Notes under the pieces: generated by a model | The model's database searches: none | Told to the model about the DNA's origin: nothing | The model's input: the letters and a program-made list of their open reading frames with translations, nothing else | Shown here: positions 48,911-59,185 of the stretch, one piece after another | How the letters are laid out: each line of letters starts with the position of its first letter | How positions within the stretch are numbered: the stretch's first letter is position 1 | Source of the DNA: an uncultured SAR86 cluster bacterium | GTDB lineage: Bacteria > Pseudomonadota > Gammaproteobacteria > Magnimaribacterales > AG-339-G14 | Reading direction: 5' to 3' | Length of the DNA: 64,000 bases | Assembly (NCBI GenBank): GCA_902589965.1 | Contig: CACIUX010000005.1 | Span: 7,929-71,928, forward strand | Made by a program: the position numbers and the translations under genes

Positions 48911-50618
48911 TTTTAGAAAATATCTGCAAAAAACCCTGATTTTTATCGGGGTTTTTTGTATCTTATTTTCTTGTTCTTACGGACAAGACTCATCAATCAT
49001 CACTATTCAGCAAGGTAAATTAAAAGGCTTGGAGCATGATGATGGCACTATAAAATATTTTGGTATCCCTTATGCGAAAGCTCCAGTTGGCAATCTTCGT
49101 TGGAAGGAACCTTTGCCTCATGAAGGATGGGAGGGAACTCTTTTAGCAGAATCTCATGGTAAAGCATGCATGCAGCCACTTGAATTATTGACTCCTGATG
49201 GAAAACTGACTGGCAATAATGGTTTTTACGATCTTATTATAGAAAAGTCAGGCTTAGATATTCCATCTGATGAATCTCAAAATAATGCAGGATTTAATCG
49301 TTTTACATACGATGATATGTCCGAGGACTGTTTATTTCTAAACATTGTTGTTCCTAAAGGCGGCGCTGCTAACAAACCTGTAATGTTTTGGATCCATGGC
49401 GGAGCTTCAAGGTGGGGGTCTGGGCATGAAAGTAATTACACCAGCCAATATATTCCCACAGAGGGGGACGTCATCGTGGTGAGTATAAATTATCGACTGG
49501 GGGTTTTTGCCTGGTTGGCTCATCCAGAATTATCAAGAGAGTCAGAAAAAAACGTTTCTGGAAATTATGGAACTTTAGATCAAATAGCAGCTCTAAAGTG
49601 GGTTAAAGATAATATTGCAAATTTTGGTGGAGACCCAAACAACATAACCATTTTTGGTGAATCGGCTGGGGGACAAGCTGTGACGTCTTTGATGATAAGT
49701 CCATTATCGAAAGGATTGTTTCACAAAGCCATTGCTCAAAGTGGCACCGGATTACCGAATGTTTTAACTGATATCAGAGAAGATAAAGGGATATTAGTTT
49801 CCGCCGAGTCAAAAGGTATCAAGTTAGCTGAATATTTTTTAGGAGAAAATGCCAATATAAATGATTTAAGGGAATTGCCAGCCCTGGAAATTGTTTCCAT
49901 TGATGATTTCCAACTCGATCAAGACTTAATCATGATGACAAATCAAATTGTTGACGGATATGTTTTCCCTGAATCTATAAAAGATGCTTTTATAAATCAA
50001 AATGTCCACGATTTACCTTTTATGGTCGGTTTCAACGGAGATGAGGGGACAAGCCTATTTCCATTGATTATTGATCCAAAAACTTTCAGTTTATTCGGCG
50101 AGTTTTGGCCTGAAAGTCTTTGGGCTTTTGTTAACCCTGACCCATCATCCTTCCAAGGTCCAAAAGGAATGAGAGATTTTGCATTAAGCTTGGATGACAA
50201 TTATTACGATGCTGCAACGGATTTCTGGGGATTTTTATTTTTTGGTGCTCCCTCTTATTTTGTTGCAAAGCAACATTCATTATCTGGAAATCCGACTTAT
50301 CTTTATCAATTTGATAAGAAACCTAATATTCCTAATGATTATCTTGGCGCCACCCATGCTCTTGAACTTGGTTATCTATTTAATAAAGGCGGATTATTCG
50401 GCATAGAAGGATCTTTTGATGATTCTGATATTGAACTTGCTCAGAAAATGCGAGCGGATTGGATTAATTTTGCAAAAAATGGCTCTCCAAATATTGCCGA
50501 AAGATTTGATCATATCAGTTCGAATGCAAGAATTTATGACTCTTTCATTGAAGATAAGAAAATAGAGCACTCTGATTTTTATAAGTCCTACTCAAATTTT
50601 TGGGAAAATCTAAATTAG
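48882..50618 (+). CDS. Type-B carboxylesterase/lipase, probable lipoprotein (start uncertain: TTG 48882/48894 or CTG)
   Basis: GIPYA..P.G.LRW, SEDCLFLN, WIHGG, GESAGG, GATHALEL; LFSC lipobox-like motif. Confidence 0.92.
   Translation: MELELVTISNFRKYLQKTLIFIGVFCILFSCSYGQDSSIITIQQGKLKGLEHDDGTIKYFGIPYAKAPVGNLRWKEPLPHEGWEGTLLAESHGKACMQPLELLTPDGKLTGNNGFYDLIIEKSGLDIPSDESQNNAGFNRFTYDDMSEDCLFLNIVVPKGGAANKPVMFWIHGGASRWGSGHESNYTSQYIPTEGDVIVVSINYRLGVFAWLAHPELSRESEKNVSGNYGTLDQIAALKWVKDNIANFGGDPNNITIFGESAGGQAVTSLMISPLSKGLFHKAIAQSGTGLPNVLTDIREDKGILVSAESKGIKLAEYFLGENANINDLRELPALEIVSIDDFQLDQDLIMMTNQIVDGYVFPESIKDAFINQNVHDLPFMVGFNGDEGTSLFPLIIDPKTFSLFGEFWPESLWAFVNPDPSSFQGPKGMRDFALSLDDNYYDAATDFWGFLFFGAPSYFVAKQHSLSGNPTYLYQFDKKPNIPNDYLGATHALELGYLFNKGGLFGIEGSFDDSDIELAQKMRADWINFAKNGSPNIAERFDHISSNARIYDSFIEDKKIEHSDFYKSYSNFWENLN
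48926..48959 (+). terminator. Intrinsic terminator overlapping the esterase signal-peptide codons
   Basis: GCAAAAAACCCTGAT-TTTT-ATCGGGGTTTTTTGT, starting 16 nt after the TBDR stop. Confidence 0.8.
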
Positions 50619-50734
50619 ATTATTGACTTACTCAAAGAAATAATTTTAGAAAAATATAAATTCATTTAATTTTTCTCTTTTTTAGGATAGATTACTTTTT
50701 TAAATTTAACGATTTATTCTAAACAAGGAGCGTT

Positions 50735-53700
50735 ATGCATAAATTTTCAATTAATTTAATACTTTTCTATTTATTTTTCTCTTCACCCTTCGCAATTGTC
50801 CAAGATTCTGATGGATTAGAAGAAATTATTGTAACTGCGCAAAGACAAGAACAAAGTCTGCAAGACGTTCCTTTAGCAGTATCTTCATTCTCTGGAGATG
50901 ATCTATTGGAGCAACAGATCGAAGGAATTAATGACATGCAATTGTTTGTTCCTGGACTTAGGTTTGGTGGAAATATTGGTGAAGGTGGAGGAGATATTGA
51001 AATAAGGGGAATGGTGAATGGAGCAGTATCAGGTACAGCAGATTCAGCAGTTGGAGTTCATATTAATGACTTAGCTGTGGGAATAACACCTCTTGATACT
51101 GGCCAGCTTTTTGATATGGAAAGAGTTGAGATAATCAGAGGTCCTGCAGGAACTTTATATGGAAGAAATGCTATTGGTGGATCATTGAATATGATTACGG
51201 CAAAAGCAGATCCAACTTCTTTTTCTGGGAAAGTTAGTGTTGATCTTGGAGATTATGGAAGATTTGGCACTACTTCAGTTATAAATATTCCTCTTGATGA
51301 CAATGCAGCCTTTAGATTTGCTTCAACAACTTTGAAGCAAGATGGTCTAGTAGATAACATTTATAGCAAAGGACTCGATTATAACTTGGATAACAGAAAT
51401 CAAATGGGATACAGAGCTACCCTAAGTTTCGAACCTTCTGAAAAAACTACAATTCATATTGTTCATCAAGCTCAGATTGAAGATTCAAAAAGAACGCTTA
51501 CTTCAGGAACTTGGTGTGACAGAGATCCTTCCGCAGTCTTTGGTTGCACAATGCAAGCACCTGAAAATCAAAAATTTGAGATTGCGCATCCCATGTCCAC
51601 GTTAGTTGAACAACTTCTCATAGCACAAGGAGTTTTAAACTACACTCCGATAACTAGTCTGGCTGGAGCTCCTCAAGAATTATGGACGATGAACGTCAGA
51701 AACGAACCTGTATATACCGTTGACGAATATATTACTCAATTCATCGTAGACCATGATATTAATGACGAACTATCCTTATCTGTTGCTGCGAGCAGAAAAG
51801 ATAGAAAGTTTTATAGGTTAGAGGCTTACGAATCTCCAGAGTTAGATACATTAAGATTTAACGATACTCCTGTAACTCCTGGCGGTATTGGAACTATGTC
51901 TGCAAGTATCGATTCAAATTGCTCAGTCGAAGGCTACACTGCTGGTTTTTATGGTGGATGCATTTTGGATACACTGAATTATCCTACAGGAGCATTTAAC
52001 TATAGTTCTCTGGCTGATACGGATGCAGTTGAAATGAAACTAGTTTCTAGTTTTGATGGACCTCATAATTTTCTATTCGGTATGAATTATTTTAAAAATT
52101 ATCAAGATACGGATACAGATGTTGTGGCTTCTGGTCTAGATGCATTAACTGTGGCTCCACCTGCAGCAATGATAGGTACTCAAGCAGCTAGTCTTGGAGC
52201 ACAACTTTACGCACCATTTTTTAGAACAGCCAATATCGATGTAATAGAATCAACCGCCGTATTTGGTGAATATTACTTTGATGTGCGTGACGACTTAAAA
52301 TTAACCGTTGGCATGAGATACACAGATGACTTTAAAGAAGCAGGTCCAAGTAATCCGTCATTTAATATATTAGGTTACGCCAAAGGTAATATCACAGATG
52401 CTGCAGCTTCAGCTTGGACTGGTGGATTAGTTCCATCTGCCGCAGCCTGGGAAGCTTTATTTTGTCCTATAGGCGCCACTTTTTGCCCAGTTCCAGAATC
52501 CGCTATTCCTGGCAACAAAGTTCCCGCACCAGGAGAAGCTTACAGAGCAGCAGGGCTAGAAACCACTAGAGAAACTTCAGAATTTACTGGAAGGATTGTT
52601 TTAGACTACTTTATAAATCAAGATTCAATGATGTTTGTTTCCTTTTCCACTGGATTCAAAGGCGGTGGGATTAATCCTGGGTTTGATCCTACAAGTTTTG
52701 CTGGCGTTCCAACTGGATTTCCAAATTCAGAAGTAAATAATCTTGAAATAGGTTTCAAAAATGAATTTCCTGCTCAGGGAGTAAGACTTAATGTTTCTGC
52801 TTACTATAGTGATATTGAAAATTACCATATCACACAAATTAAAAATAGAACCTCAGTAAACGAGGGTATTGATGTTGAAATCATGGGTGCCGAGGCTGAT
52901 TTGCTTTACATGCCACCTGAAGTCCCTGGTTTTTCCCTGAATGCTTCTCTCAGCTACACATCTTCTGAGATCAATGATGGAGAAGGCTCTATAGATATGG
53001 TTAATAGAGATTTGCAATTAACAGGAGGAGTAGGCTCAACTGATTGGCACACTGTCAAAGATCAAGTTTCAGAAACCTTTATTATCAGAAAAACTGCTTT
53101 GCAGGCTATGTGGACCAGTTATTTGCAAGAGATTGCAACCTCTGGTGCAGCAGTGACTCCTGCAGATGGCATATCTGCCTTAAATCCGACTCTTGACGGT
53201 TTAACCCTCGCAAGTTTGGTGTTTTTTAATCCTGTAGAACATCACGGTGACAGAACTTTTGGAGCACCAACTCCAGTAAGTTATTGGAATCCATTAGCTG
53301 GTCAAAACCCTGCTGATGGTCATCTACCCTCAGTACTAAATAGAGCTTCAGGTCTTCATCAAATTCTAGCTCAGCTACATGGATTTGATCTAGTTCCTGG
53401 TTCTGATATCAGTGAAGGTTTAGTGAGCGATGTTTCAGGTAATTCTTTATTTCATCCCGAACTGCAAGCAAATCTTGGTATAGGTTACTTACAAGATATT
53501 GGAAATCTAAAAATTAATTATCGTCTGGATTATTCATATCAGGGAGAAAGATATTTAAGGGTATTTAATCTTCCAAGTGACGTCTTAGAGGCTTGGGATG
53601 AGTTAGGCGCCCAAATTACTCTATCTAGTTCAGATGATTCTTGGTTTGTTCAATTTTATGGACAAAACATAACTGACAACAATAGCTATTATTATAGAGA

Positions 53701-53788
53701 ACTTCAAAGTACCGCTGTAGGAAACTACCAAAGGATAATGGCTAGAGAAAGGGCTAGATATGGAATAAGGCTTGGTTATAATTTTTAA
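50735..53788 (+). CDS. TonB-dependent receptor (1017 aa), paralog of 45896-48910
   Basis: LEEIIVTAQRQEQSLQDVP, RGPAGTLYGRN, many blocks shared with the previous TBDR, C-terminal GYNF. Confidence 0.96.
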   Translation: MHKFSINLILFYLFFSSPFAIVQDSDGLEEIIVTAQRQEQSLQDVPLAVSSFSGDDLLEQQIEGINDMQLFVPGLRFGGNIGEGGGDIEIRGMVNGAVSGTADSAVGVHINDLAVGITPLDTGQLFDMERVEIIRGPAGTLYGRNAIGGSLNMITAKADPTSFSGKVSVDLGDYGRFGTTSVINIPLDDNAAFRFASTTLKQDGLVDNIYSKGLDYNLDNRNQMGYRATLSFEPSEKTTIHIVHQAQIEDSKRTLTSGTWCDRDPSAVFGCTMQAPENQKFEIAHPMSTLVEQLLIAQGVLNYTPITSLAGAPQELWTMNVRNEPVYTVDEYITQFIVDHDINDELSLSVAASRKDRKFYRLEAYESPELDTLRFNDTPVTPGGIGTMSASIDSNCSVEGYTAGFYGGCILDTLNYPTGAFNYSSLADTDAVEMKLVSSFDGPHNFLFGMNYFKNYQDTDTDVVASGLDALTVAPPAAMIGTQAASLGAQLYAPFFRTANIDVIESTAVFGEYYFDVRDDLKLTVGMRYTDDFKEAGPSNPSFNILGYAKGNITDAAASAWTGGLVPSAAAWEALFCPIGATFCPVPESAIPGNKVPAPGEAYRAAGLETTRETSEFTGRIVLDYFINQDSMMFVSFSTGFKGGGINPGFDPTSFAGVPTGFPNSEVNNLEIGFKNEFPAQGVRLNVSAYYSDIENYHITQIKNRTSVNEGIDVEIMGAEADLLYMPPEVPGFSLNASLSYTSSEINDGEGSIDMVNRDLQLTGGVGSTDWHTVKDQVSETFIIRKTALQAMWTSYLQEIATSGAAVTPADGISALNPTLDGLTLASLVFFNPVEHHGDRTFGAPTPVSYWNPLAGQNPADGHLPSVLNRASGLHQILAQLHGFDLVPGSDISEGLVSDVSGNSLFHPELQANLGIGYLQDIGNLKINYRLDYSYQGERYLRVFNLPSDVLEAWDELGAQITLSSSDDSWFVQFYGQNITDNNSYYYRELQSTAVGNYQRIMARERARYGIRLGYNF

Positions 53789-53796
53789 TTGAGATT

Positions 53797-53828
53797 AAAA
53801 AAAGACCCTGCTTCGGCAGGGTTTTTTT
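53797..53828 (+). terminator. Intrinsic terminator with UUCG tetraloop
   Basis: AAAAAAAGACCCTGC-TTCG-GCAGGGTTTTTTT. Confidence 0.95.
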
Positions 53829-53875
53829 ATTTAGAGGGTATATTTATTATAAAATATATCTAAAGTCTTTTCTGA

Positions 53876-54889
53876 ATGATTAAACACATCAACAATATTG
53901 CTGGAATTTTAATTCTTCTTAATATTTTTGATCAGATTTTGTCGTCTAGCAAAATTATTCCTGAAAATATCTATTTTGATATATTTGTTATAGCTTCTTA
54001 TCTTTTTTTTGGTGCTGAATTTATTACAAGAATTATCATTGAAAGAAGATTCTCTTTCCTGTTAGTTTTCGATTTTATCGTTTTAGCAAATTATATTTTC
54101 TTTGGATTTTACGATTTAAGAATTTTAAGAATCTTTAGGGCTTATTCAATTTATAGCAATCATAAAATGTTACTTCCAACTAATACATTGTTGAGAACGG
54201 TGTATAACCAAAGGTTGGCGTTACTTGGTTCTCAAATAATGGTTTTTTCCGTTTTACTTATTTTTTCGACTTTAATTCACTTCATTGAAAGAGATATTAA
54301 TCCAGAGTATTTTGGTTCTATTCTCAATTCAATGTGGTTTGGAATTGCTACGCTAACCACAGTTGGTTATGGAGATGTAACTCCATCATCCCCATTAGGC
54401 CAAGTTCTTACTTCTTTAACTATGTTTCTAGGTATCGGAATGTTTGCTTTGCCTGCTGCAATCTTAGCCTCGGCTTATTATGAGGAAATCCAAAAAAGAA
54501 ACTTTCTCATAACAATGGAAACAATTTCTAGTATCCCATTATTCTCGATGTTGCCCATAGGGGCTTTAAGTAAAATTAACGATAAGTTAGTTGCTGAAAT
54601 TTACCCGGCTAAAAGAAAAATTATAGAAAAAGGTGATGAGGCAGATTGCATGTACATTATTGAGTTTGGATCTGTTCAAGTAGAAATAGAATCTCCTGTG
54701 ACTTTGGGACAGGGTGATTATTTTGGTGAAAAAGGAATTCTTTCTAAAGAACTTCGTAATGCATCTATAAGCTCAATAGAGGAAGTTAAATTACTTTCCC
54801 TGTCAAAAGACGATTTAGAAGAACTAATGGGAGAATATCCTCATCTTTTTGAAGAGCTTGAAAAAGTTAGTTTAGACAGAAAAGGTTAA
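53876..54889 (+). CDS. Cyclic-nucleotide-gated K+ channel (MloK1/SthK-like)
   Basis: Reduced S1-S4 with LRILRIFR, K+ filter TTVGYGD, cNMP domain with FGE...RNA. Confidence 0.93.
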   Translation: MIKHINNIAGILILLNIFDQILSSSKIIPENIYFDIFVIASYLFFGAEFITRIIIERRFSFLLVFDFIVLANYIFFGFYDLRILRIFRAYSIYSNHKMLLPTNTLLRTVYNQRLALLGSQIMVFSVLLIFSTLIHFIERDINPEYFGSILNSMWFGIATLTTVGYGDVTPSSPLGQVLTSLTMFLGIGMFALPAAILASAYYEEIQKRNFLITMETISSIPLFSMLPIGALSKINDKLVAEIYPAKRKIIEKGDEADCMYIIEFGSVQVEIESPVTLGQGDYFGEKGILSKELRNASISSIEEVKLLSLSKDDLEELMGEYPHLFEELEKVSLDRKG

Positions 54890-55638
54890 TTAAAAGAATA
54901 AGAAAACTTAGTACTAAGACCTTGATCATCTTCAACGGCATTAGTTATTGGATCCGAATCATATGCGATGTCATATTGAAGGCTGATACTAAATTTTTTA
55001 TTTACCAGAAAGTTAAAAGCCATAAGAAAACTTGCCTTGTAGTCACTAAAATCAGTGACTCCTGGTTGGTAATAAATCGTAGTATTAAAGTTAATATTTT
55101 CAGCAACTGCAAAATTATCGTGGAAATAAGCGGAAAGCCTTGTTGTGTTTGTTACAAAGTCGTCTAAATCAGTTTCTTCTTCATATATCACTCCAGCTCC
55201 AAATCTCATTTGATCATCTATAATCATTCTAAGACCAGTCCCAAATAAATTTCTTTCTCTAAAAAGCCTAAATGGATTTTTCGCTGACTGAATAAAGAAT
55301 TCTGTATTGTACTGATTGTAAGTTTCGAAAACTGATCTTATATGAATGAGTTGAGAAATATCCGTGACGTTTTGATTTATTTTCCTTTCAGATTTTCTCA
55401 AAATCATGAAGTTTTCAACGTCATCAAGGTTATAGTCAAACCTTAAATCAAAAGAATAGAAATCTCTGTCTCTGTTACCTCTGGAAGCATTTAAAGAAAA
55501 TCCAAGGCCAGCAAAAAATCCTTCCTTACCCTCATTTCTTAACTCTTCAATATTCACTATAGTCTGAGAAATAGCAAATGAGGGCAAGAGTAATGAAATA
55601 AAGAAGAATTTATTTAGTTGTTGCAACATACGCTCCAT
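54886..55638 (-). CDS. DUF481-like outer-membrane beta-barrel
   Basis: Signal peptide, IVNIE.LR N-terminus, GN motif, YYQP, alternating beta pattern, terminal YSF. Confidence 0.8.
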   Translation of the reverse strand: MERMLQQLNKFFFISLLLPSFAISQTIVNIEELRNEGKEGFFAGLGFSLNASRGNRDRDFYSFDLRFDYNLDDVENFMILRKSERKINQNVTDISQLIHIRSVFETYNQYNTEFFIQSAKNPFRLFRERNLFGTGLRMIIDDQMRFGAGVIYEEETDLDDFVTNTTRLSAYFHDNFAVAENINFNTTIYYQPGVTDFSDYKASFLMAFNFLVNKKFSISLQYDIAYDSDPITNAVEDDQGLSTKFSYSFN

Positions 55639-57793
55639 TCCAATTCGGATCAGTTAAATTAAGTTTCATATCCTTAATCCTGTCTTTAAAAATAGCGTAG
55701 TATAAATCAAACTCCACAACTTGTTCTTCCCATTTTTTAATAAAGTTTAATGCTAGATCCCATCGTTGGTTTCTATAATTCTCTAGAAATTTATTATGAT
55801 CATTTTGAAATTCAATTAATTCTTCATCATCTAATGAGAATTTATCAAAAGAAGTATAAATTTTAACCGGCTCAGTTTTCCCTTTAACTTGAATCAAGTC
55901 TAGTTCAAAAAGATTAGATTTTGACTTGAGGGTATTCACAGTTTCTTGTCCAAGAATTCTTTGAAAACCATAAGTTCCTGATTGACCTTCTAATCTTGAC
56001 GCCAAATTAACTGGATCTCCTAAGACGGTATAATCAAATCTTTTTTCTGATCCCATATTCCCAACAATACATTCACCAGTATTAATACCAATTCCGATTT
56101 TAAGTTCCATTCCTTTTTCTTTTTGGAATTCAATATTAAAGTTTTCTAACGCCTTTTCCATATCAAAAGATGCTTTTAGAGCTAAATCCGTATGATTTTC
56201 TTGATCTGTAGGTGCATTCCAGAATGCCATGATGCAATCACCCATATATTTATCAATTGTTCCTTCATTATCCAAAATTTCATTAGACAAAACTGTAAGA
56301 AGTTTATTTATCAGTTCAGTTAATTCTTCTGGATTAGATTTGTAACTTTCTGATATAGCTGTGAACCCTCGTATGTCAGAAAAAAGAAAAGTCATAGTTT
56401 TCTTCTCTCCTCCCAATTTAAGTGATTCACTTGATTCCGCAAGTCTCGAAACCATTTCTGGAGCAAGATATTGAGAAAAAGCTGTTCTAACTTTACTACG
56501 TTCCAACTCAGTAAAAAGAAAATTAAAAAATGTGATTATCAAGTAACTCAATAAGCATATTATTAATGGAGAAATTGGATCTATTAAAAAATCTAATTGA
56601 TTGAAACCATAGAAAGAACCATAGAGACTACTTAAATTTGCTACTAAGAATGTAATTAATCCCCCGATAGGTCCAAAATATTGAATGACCAAGCAAATCA
56701 AGATGGAAAAAAGTAAACCAAATAAAAATTCTGCTCCTTCCATCCAATCTGGTCTTACTAAAAAATCTCCATTTATAATTTGTTGAATGCCTTGAGCTAT
56801 GATTGTTACGCCAGGTATATCTCGCTCTAAAGAGGTATTTCTTATGTCGAGCAGTCCAGACGCGCTAGTTCCTATAAGAACAATTTTTCCAGCAAAGAAA
56901 TCTTTATCAAAAGAATTATTTATGACTTTAGCCGCAGGAATGATATTCAAGTTTTCCTTATAAGTAGAATATAACCAAAGGTAACCATTTGAATTGGTTG
57001 GAATAATTACGTTTCCTAATTTTATGTTATTAACTCCAGTACTCTCACCAAACGCTAACTCTCCTGATGCATTTGATGACTTGATTTGATAAGTACTTGC
57101 TCCGATAGCAACCCTAAGGGTCTCTAGCATCAAGGAAGGTACTATCTGTCCATTCACTACTTCAAATGTGGGGAGGCTTCTAACAATACTTGAATCACCC
57201 CCAATGCTCATCGACCCTACGCCCGCTGCAGAATCTACTAGAGCGGGTAAGTTGTTTTGCATTCCTGTGTAATTAGGAAGAAATTCTTTTGGTGAATCTC
57301 CCTGAATTATTAGACCGTATTTAGGTTTTACTTCTAAGGTTCTTAATTTATTATTTGGCGCACTTCCTAAGACAACAGTGGAGTGTGACTCCATAGATTC
57401 AGCAAATATTTTGTCATTTGGCTTTATCTTTTTTAACTCTCTAATTAGTTCAGTATTTGTTGAATATTGTTCAGTTAGAACATCACTTCCGGTTCTATCT
57501 CTTTCTGCAAAAACGATATCAAATGATGTAGTTAAAGCTCGCTCTGTTTTACTCACTAATTGAGAAAGTAGATCTCTTGACCAAGGCCATTGACCTAAAT
57601 TATTGAGAGACTCATCATCAATATCAATTATTACAACTGGATCATCTTCTAAAGGTTCTCTTGGACTTATTTGTTGTAGAGTATCAAAAGCAAATAATCT
57701 TAAATCATTAAAAATATTTAATGGATTTGTCAGTGGAATTAGACCAATTAAAATGGCTAAAGGGAGAAGTATTTTTTTTTGAATGTTCTTCAT
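55610..57793 (-). CDS. CHASE2-domain class III adenylate cyclase
   Basis: IDIDDESL..LGQWPWSR (CHASE2), 3 TM, FSDIRGFT, DKYMGDCIMAFW, DYTVLGDPVNLASRLEG (K and T ATP-specifying residues). Confidence 0.95.
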   Translation of the reverse strand: MKNIQKKILLPLAILIGLIPLTNPLNIFNDLRLFAFDTLQQISPREPLEDDPVVIIDIDDESLNNLGQWPWSRDLLSQLVSKTERALTTSFDIVFAERDRTGSDVLTEQYSTNTELIRELKKIKPNDKIFAESMESHSTVVLGSAPNNKLRTLEVKPKYGLIIQGDSPKEFLPNYTGMQNNLPALVDSAAGVGSMSIGGDSSIVRSLPTFEVVNGQIVPSLMLETLRVAIGASTYQIKSSNASGELAFGESTGVNNIKLGNVIIPTNSNGYLWLYSTYKENLNIIPAAKVINNSFDKDFFAGKIVLIGTSASGLLDIRNTSLERDIPGVTIIAQGIQQIINGDFLVRPDWMEGAEFLFGLLFSILICLVIQYFGPIGGLITFLVANLSSLYGSFYGFNQLDFLIDPISPLIICLLSYLIITFFNFLFTELERSKVRTAFSQYLAPEMVSRLAESSESLKLGGEKKTMTFLFSDIRGFTAISESYKSNPEELTELINKLLTVLSNEILDNEGTIDKYMGDCIMAFWNAPTDQENHTDLALKASFDMEKALENFNIEFQKEKGMELKIGIGINTGECIVGNMGSEKRFDYTVLGDPVNLASRLEGQSGTYGFQRILGQETVNTLKSKSNLFELDLIQVKGKTEPVKIYTSFDKFSLDDEELIEFQNDHNKFLENYRNQRWDLALNFIKKWEEQVVEFDLYYAIFKDRIKDMKLNLTDPNWNGAYVATTK

Positions 57794-57830
57794 CTTTTTT
57801 TGATAAAACCTTTATAATTGACGCCTTGTC

Positions 57831-59153
57831 ATGTTTGTCAGATATATTTTATTACTATTTATCTTTAGTTTTAGTATTTTTGTTTTAGCGCAAAACGTAC
57901 CTCCGACTATATCGGATCCTGAGCAATTAGAAACGATTAGAAAAGAAAGGCAAGCTATTTTTAATGAATTGATAGAGGATCCAACTAATCAGGGAAATTT
58001 ATTTAAATATGCCAATCTATCAATTATTTTAGGAGATTTAGAAGCGGCTATTGGGGTTTTTGAACAAATGCTTATTTATGATCCTACTTTGGCAAGAATT
58101 AGGCTAGAACTTGGAGTACTTTACTTTAGGCTAGAAGCTTATGCTCCAGCAAAATTATATCTTGAGAGCGTTAAAGACTACGACCCTCCTGAAGAAGTGA
58201 TTACGAAGGTTGAATCTTTTTTAGCTGCCATTGAAGAGCAAGAAAAGCCTGTAACGGTAAATCAACTAATGACTTTTGGTTTTGCCAGTTCTTCTAACGC
58301 AAATGCTGGTATAGATGCCGACATTATCGAGATAGCAGGTTTTCCTCTTGAGGTATCTCCAGATTCAAAACCTCAATCGGATTCAAAATTTTCTGTCAAT
58401 TACAATTTGTCTTTAACTCAGAATTTGAATAATCCCCGTGGTGATGCAATTAATTATTTCCTGGCAGTTGCTACCACTTATCAATCTAGGTTTACGCAAT
58501 TTGACCAAAGAAGTTTCGTATTTGGTTTAAATAGTCGTTTAGATGTAGAAGAGGGCAGATTTGGATTATTGAAAAATCCATCGGTCACACCAAGCTTCAC
58601 AAGAATTCAAGTTTACTTATCTGGAGAGCCTCTGCTTGAATCTAATGCTTTCAGCGTAAGTCATTCTGGATCCTTAACAAATGGTTCTGTTTTTGAATAC
58701 GGTTTTAACGTAGATAAAAGGAATTTTATAGGCTTAGATGCAAAAAGCGGTTACAGATACGGAACTTTTGTGAATAACACTTTTAATTTACCAAATAATA
58801 ACTCTAGTTGGACTATGAATATTTTCTCTGATAAATATGAAGCCAACCAAAAATTTGAATCCTTTAGACAATGGGGTTTTGGTTTTAATTACAGAATGCC
58901 TCTTCCAGATGCATGGGTTATGGCTGCTAATTATGATTTCTCTACTAAAAATTACCTTGCACCAAACGGACCACTTGGAACAAGAAAAGATATTAACGAA
59001 TCATCAGATTTAACCTTTTCAAGACTTTATATAAATTGTTTATCTATGAATATTTTTATTAAACCTTTTGATAATAGAAGCAGCATTGATATCTTCTCCA
59101 GAAGTAACACCGATGTAGGTGTAAATCTTTCTTATCTTTGCTTAAATAACTAA
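57831..59153 (+). CDS. TPR + outer-membrane beta-barrel protein (DUF560/Slam-like)
   Basis: Signal peptide, TPR pair (AAIGVFEQML..DP...RIRLELGVLYFRL..Y), SSNANAG strand start, beta-rich C-terminus. Confidence 0.75.
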   Translation: MFVRYILLLFIFSFSIFVLAQNVPPTISDPEQLETIRKERQAIFNELIEDPTNQGNLFKYANLSIILGDLEAAIGVFEQMLIYDPTLARIRLELGVLYFRLEAYAPAKLYLESVKDYDPPEEVITKVESFLAAIEEQEKPVTVNQLMTFGFASSSNANAGIDADIIEIAGFPLEVSPDSKPQSDSKFSVNYNLSLTQNLNNPRGDAINYFLAVATTYQSRFTQFDQRSFVFGLNSRLDVEEGRFGLLKNPSVTPSFTRIQVYLSGEPLLESNAFSVSHSGSLTNGSVFEYGFNVDKRNFIGLDAKSGYRYGTFVNNTFNLPNNNSSWTMNIFSDKYEANQKFESFRQWGFGFNYRMPLPDAWVMAANYDFSTKNYLAPNGPLGTRKDINESSDLTFSRLYINCLSMNIFIKPFDNRSSIDIFSRSNTDVGVNLSYLCLNN

Positions 59154-59185
59154 CCTTAAATTTTACTTGAGTATATAATCCGCAA

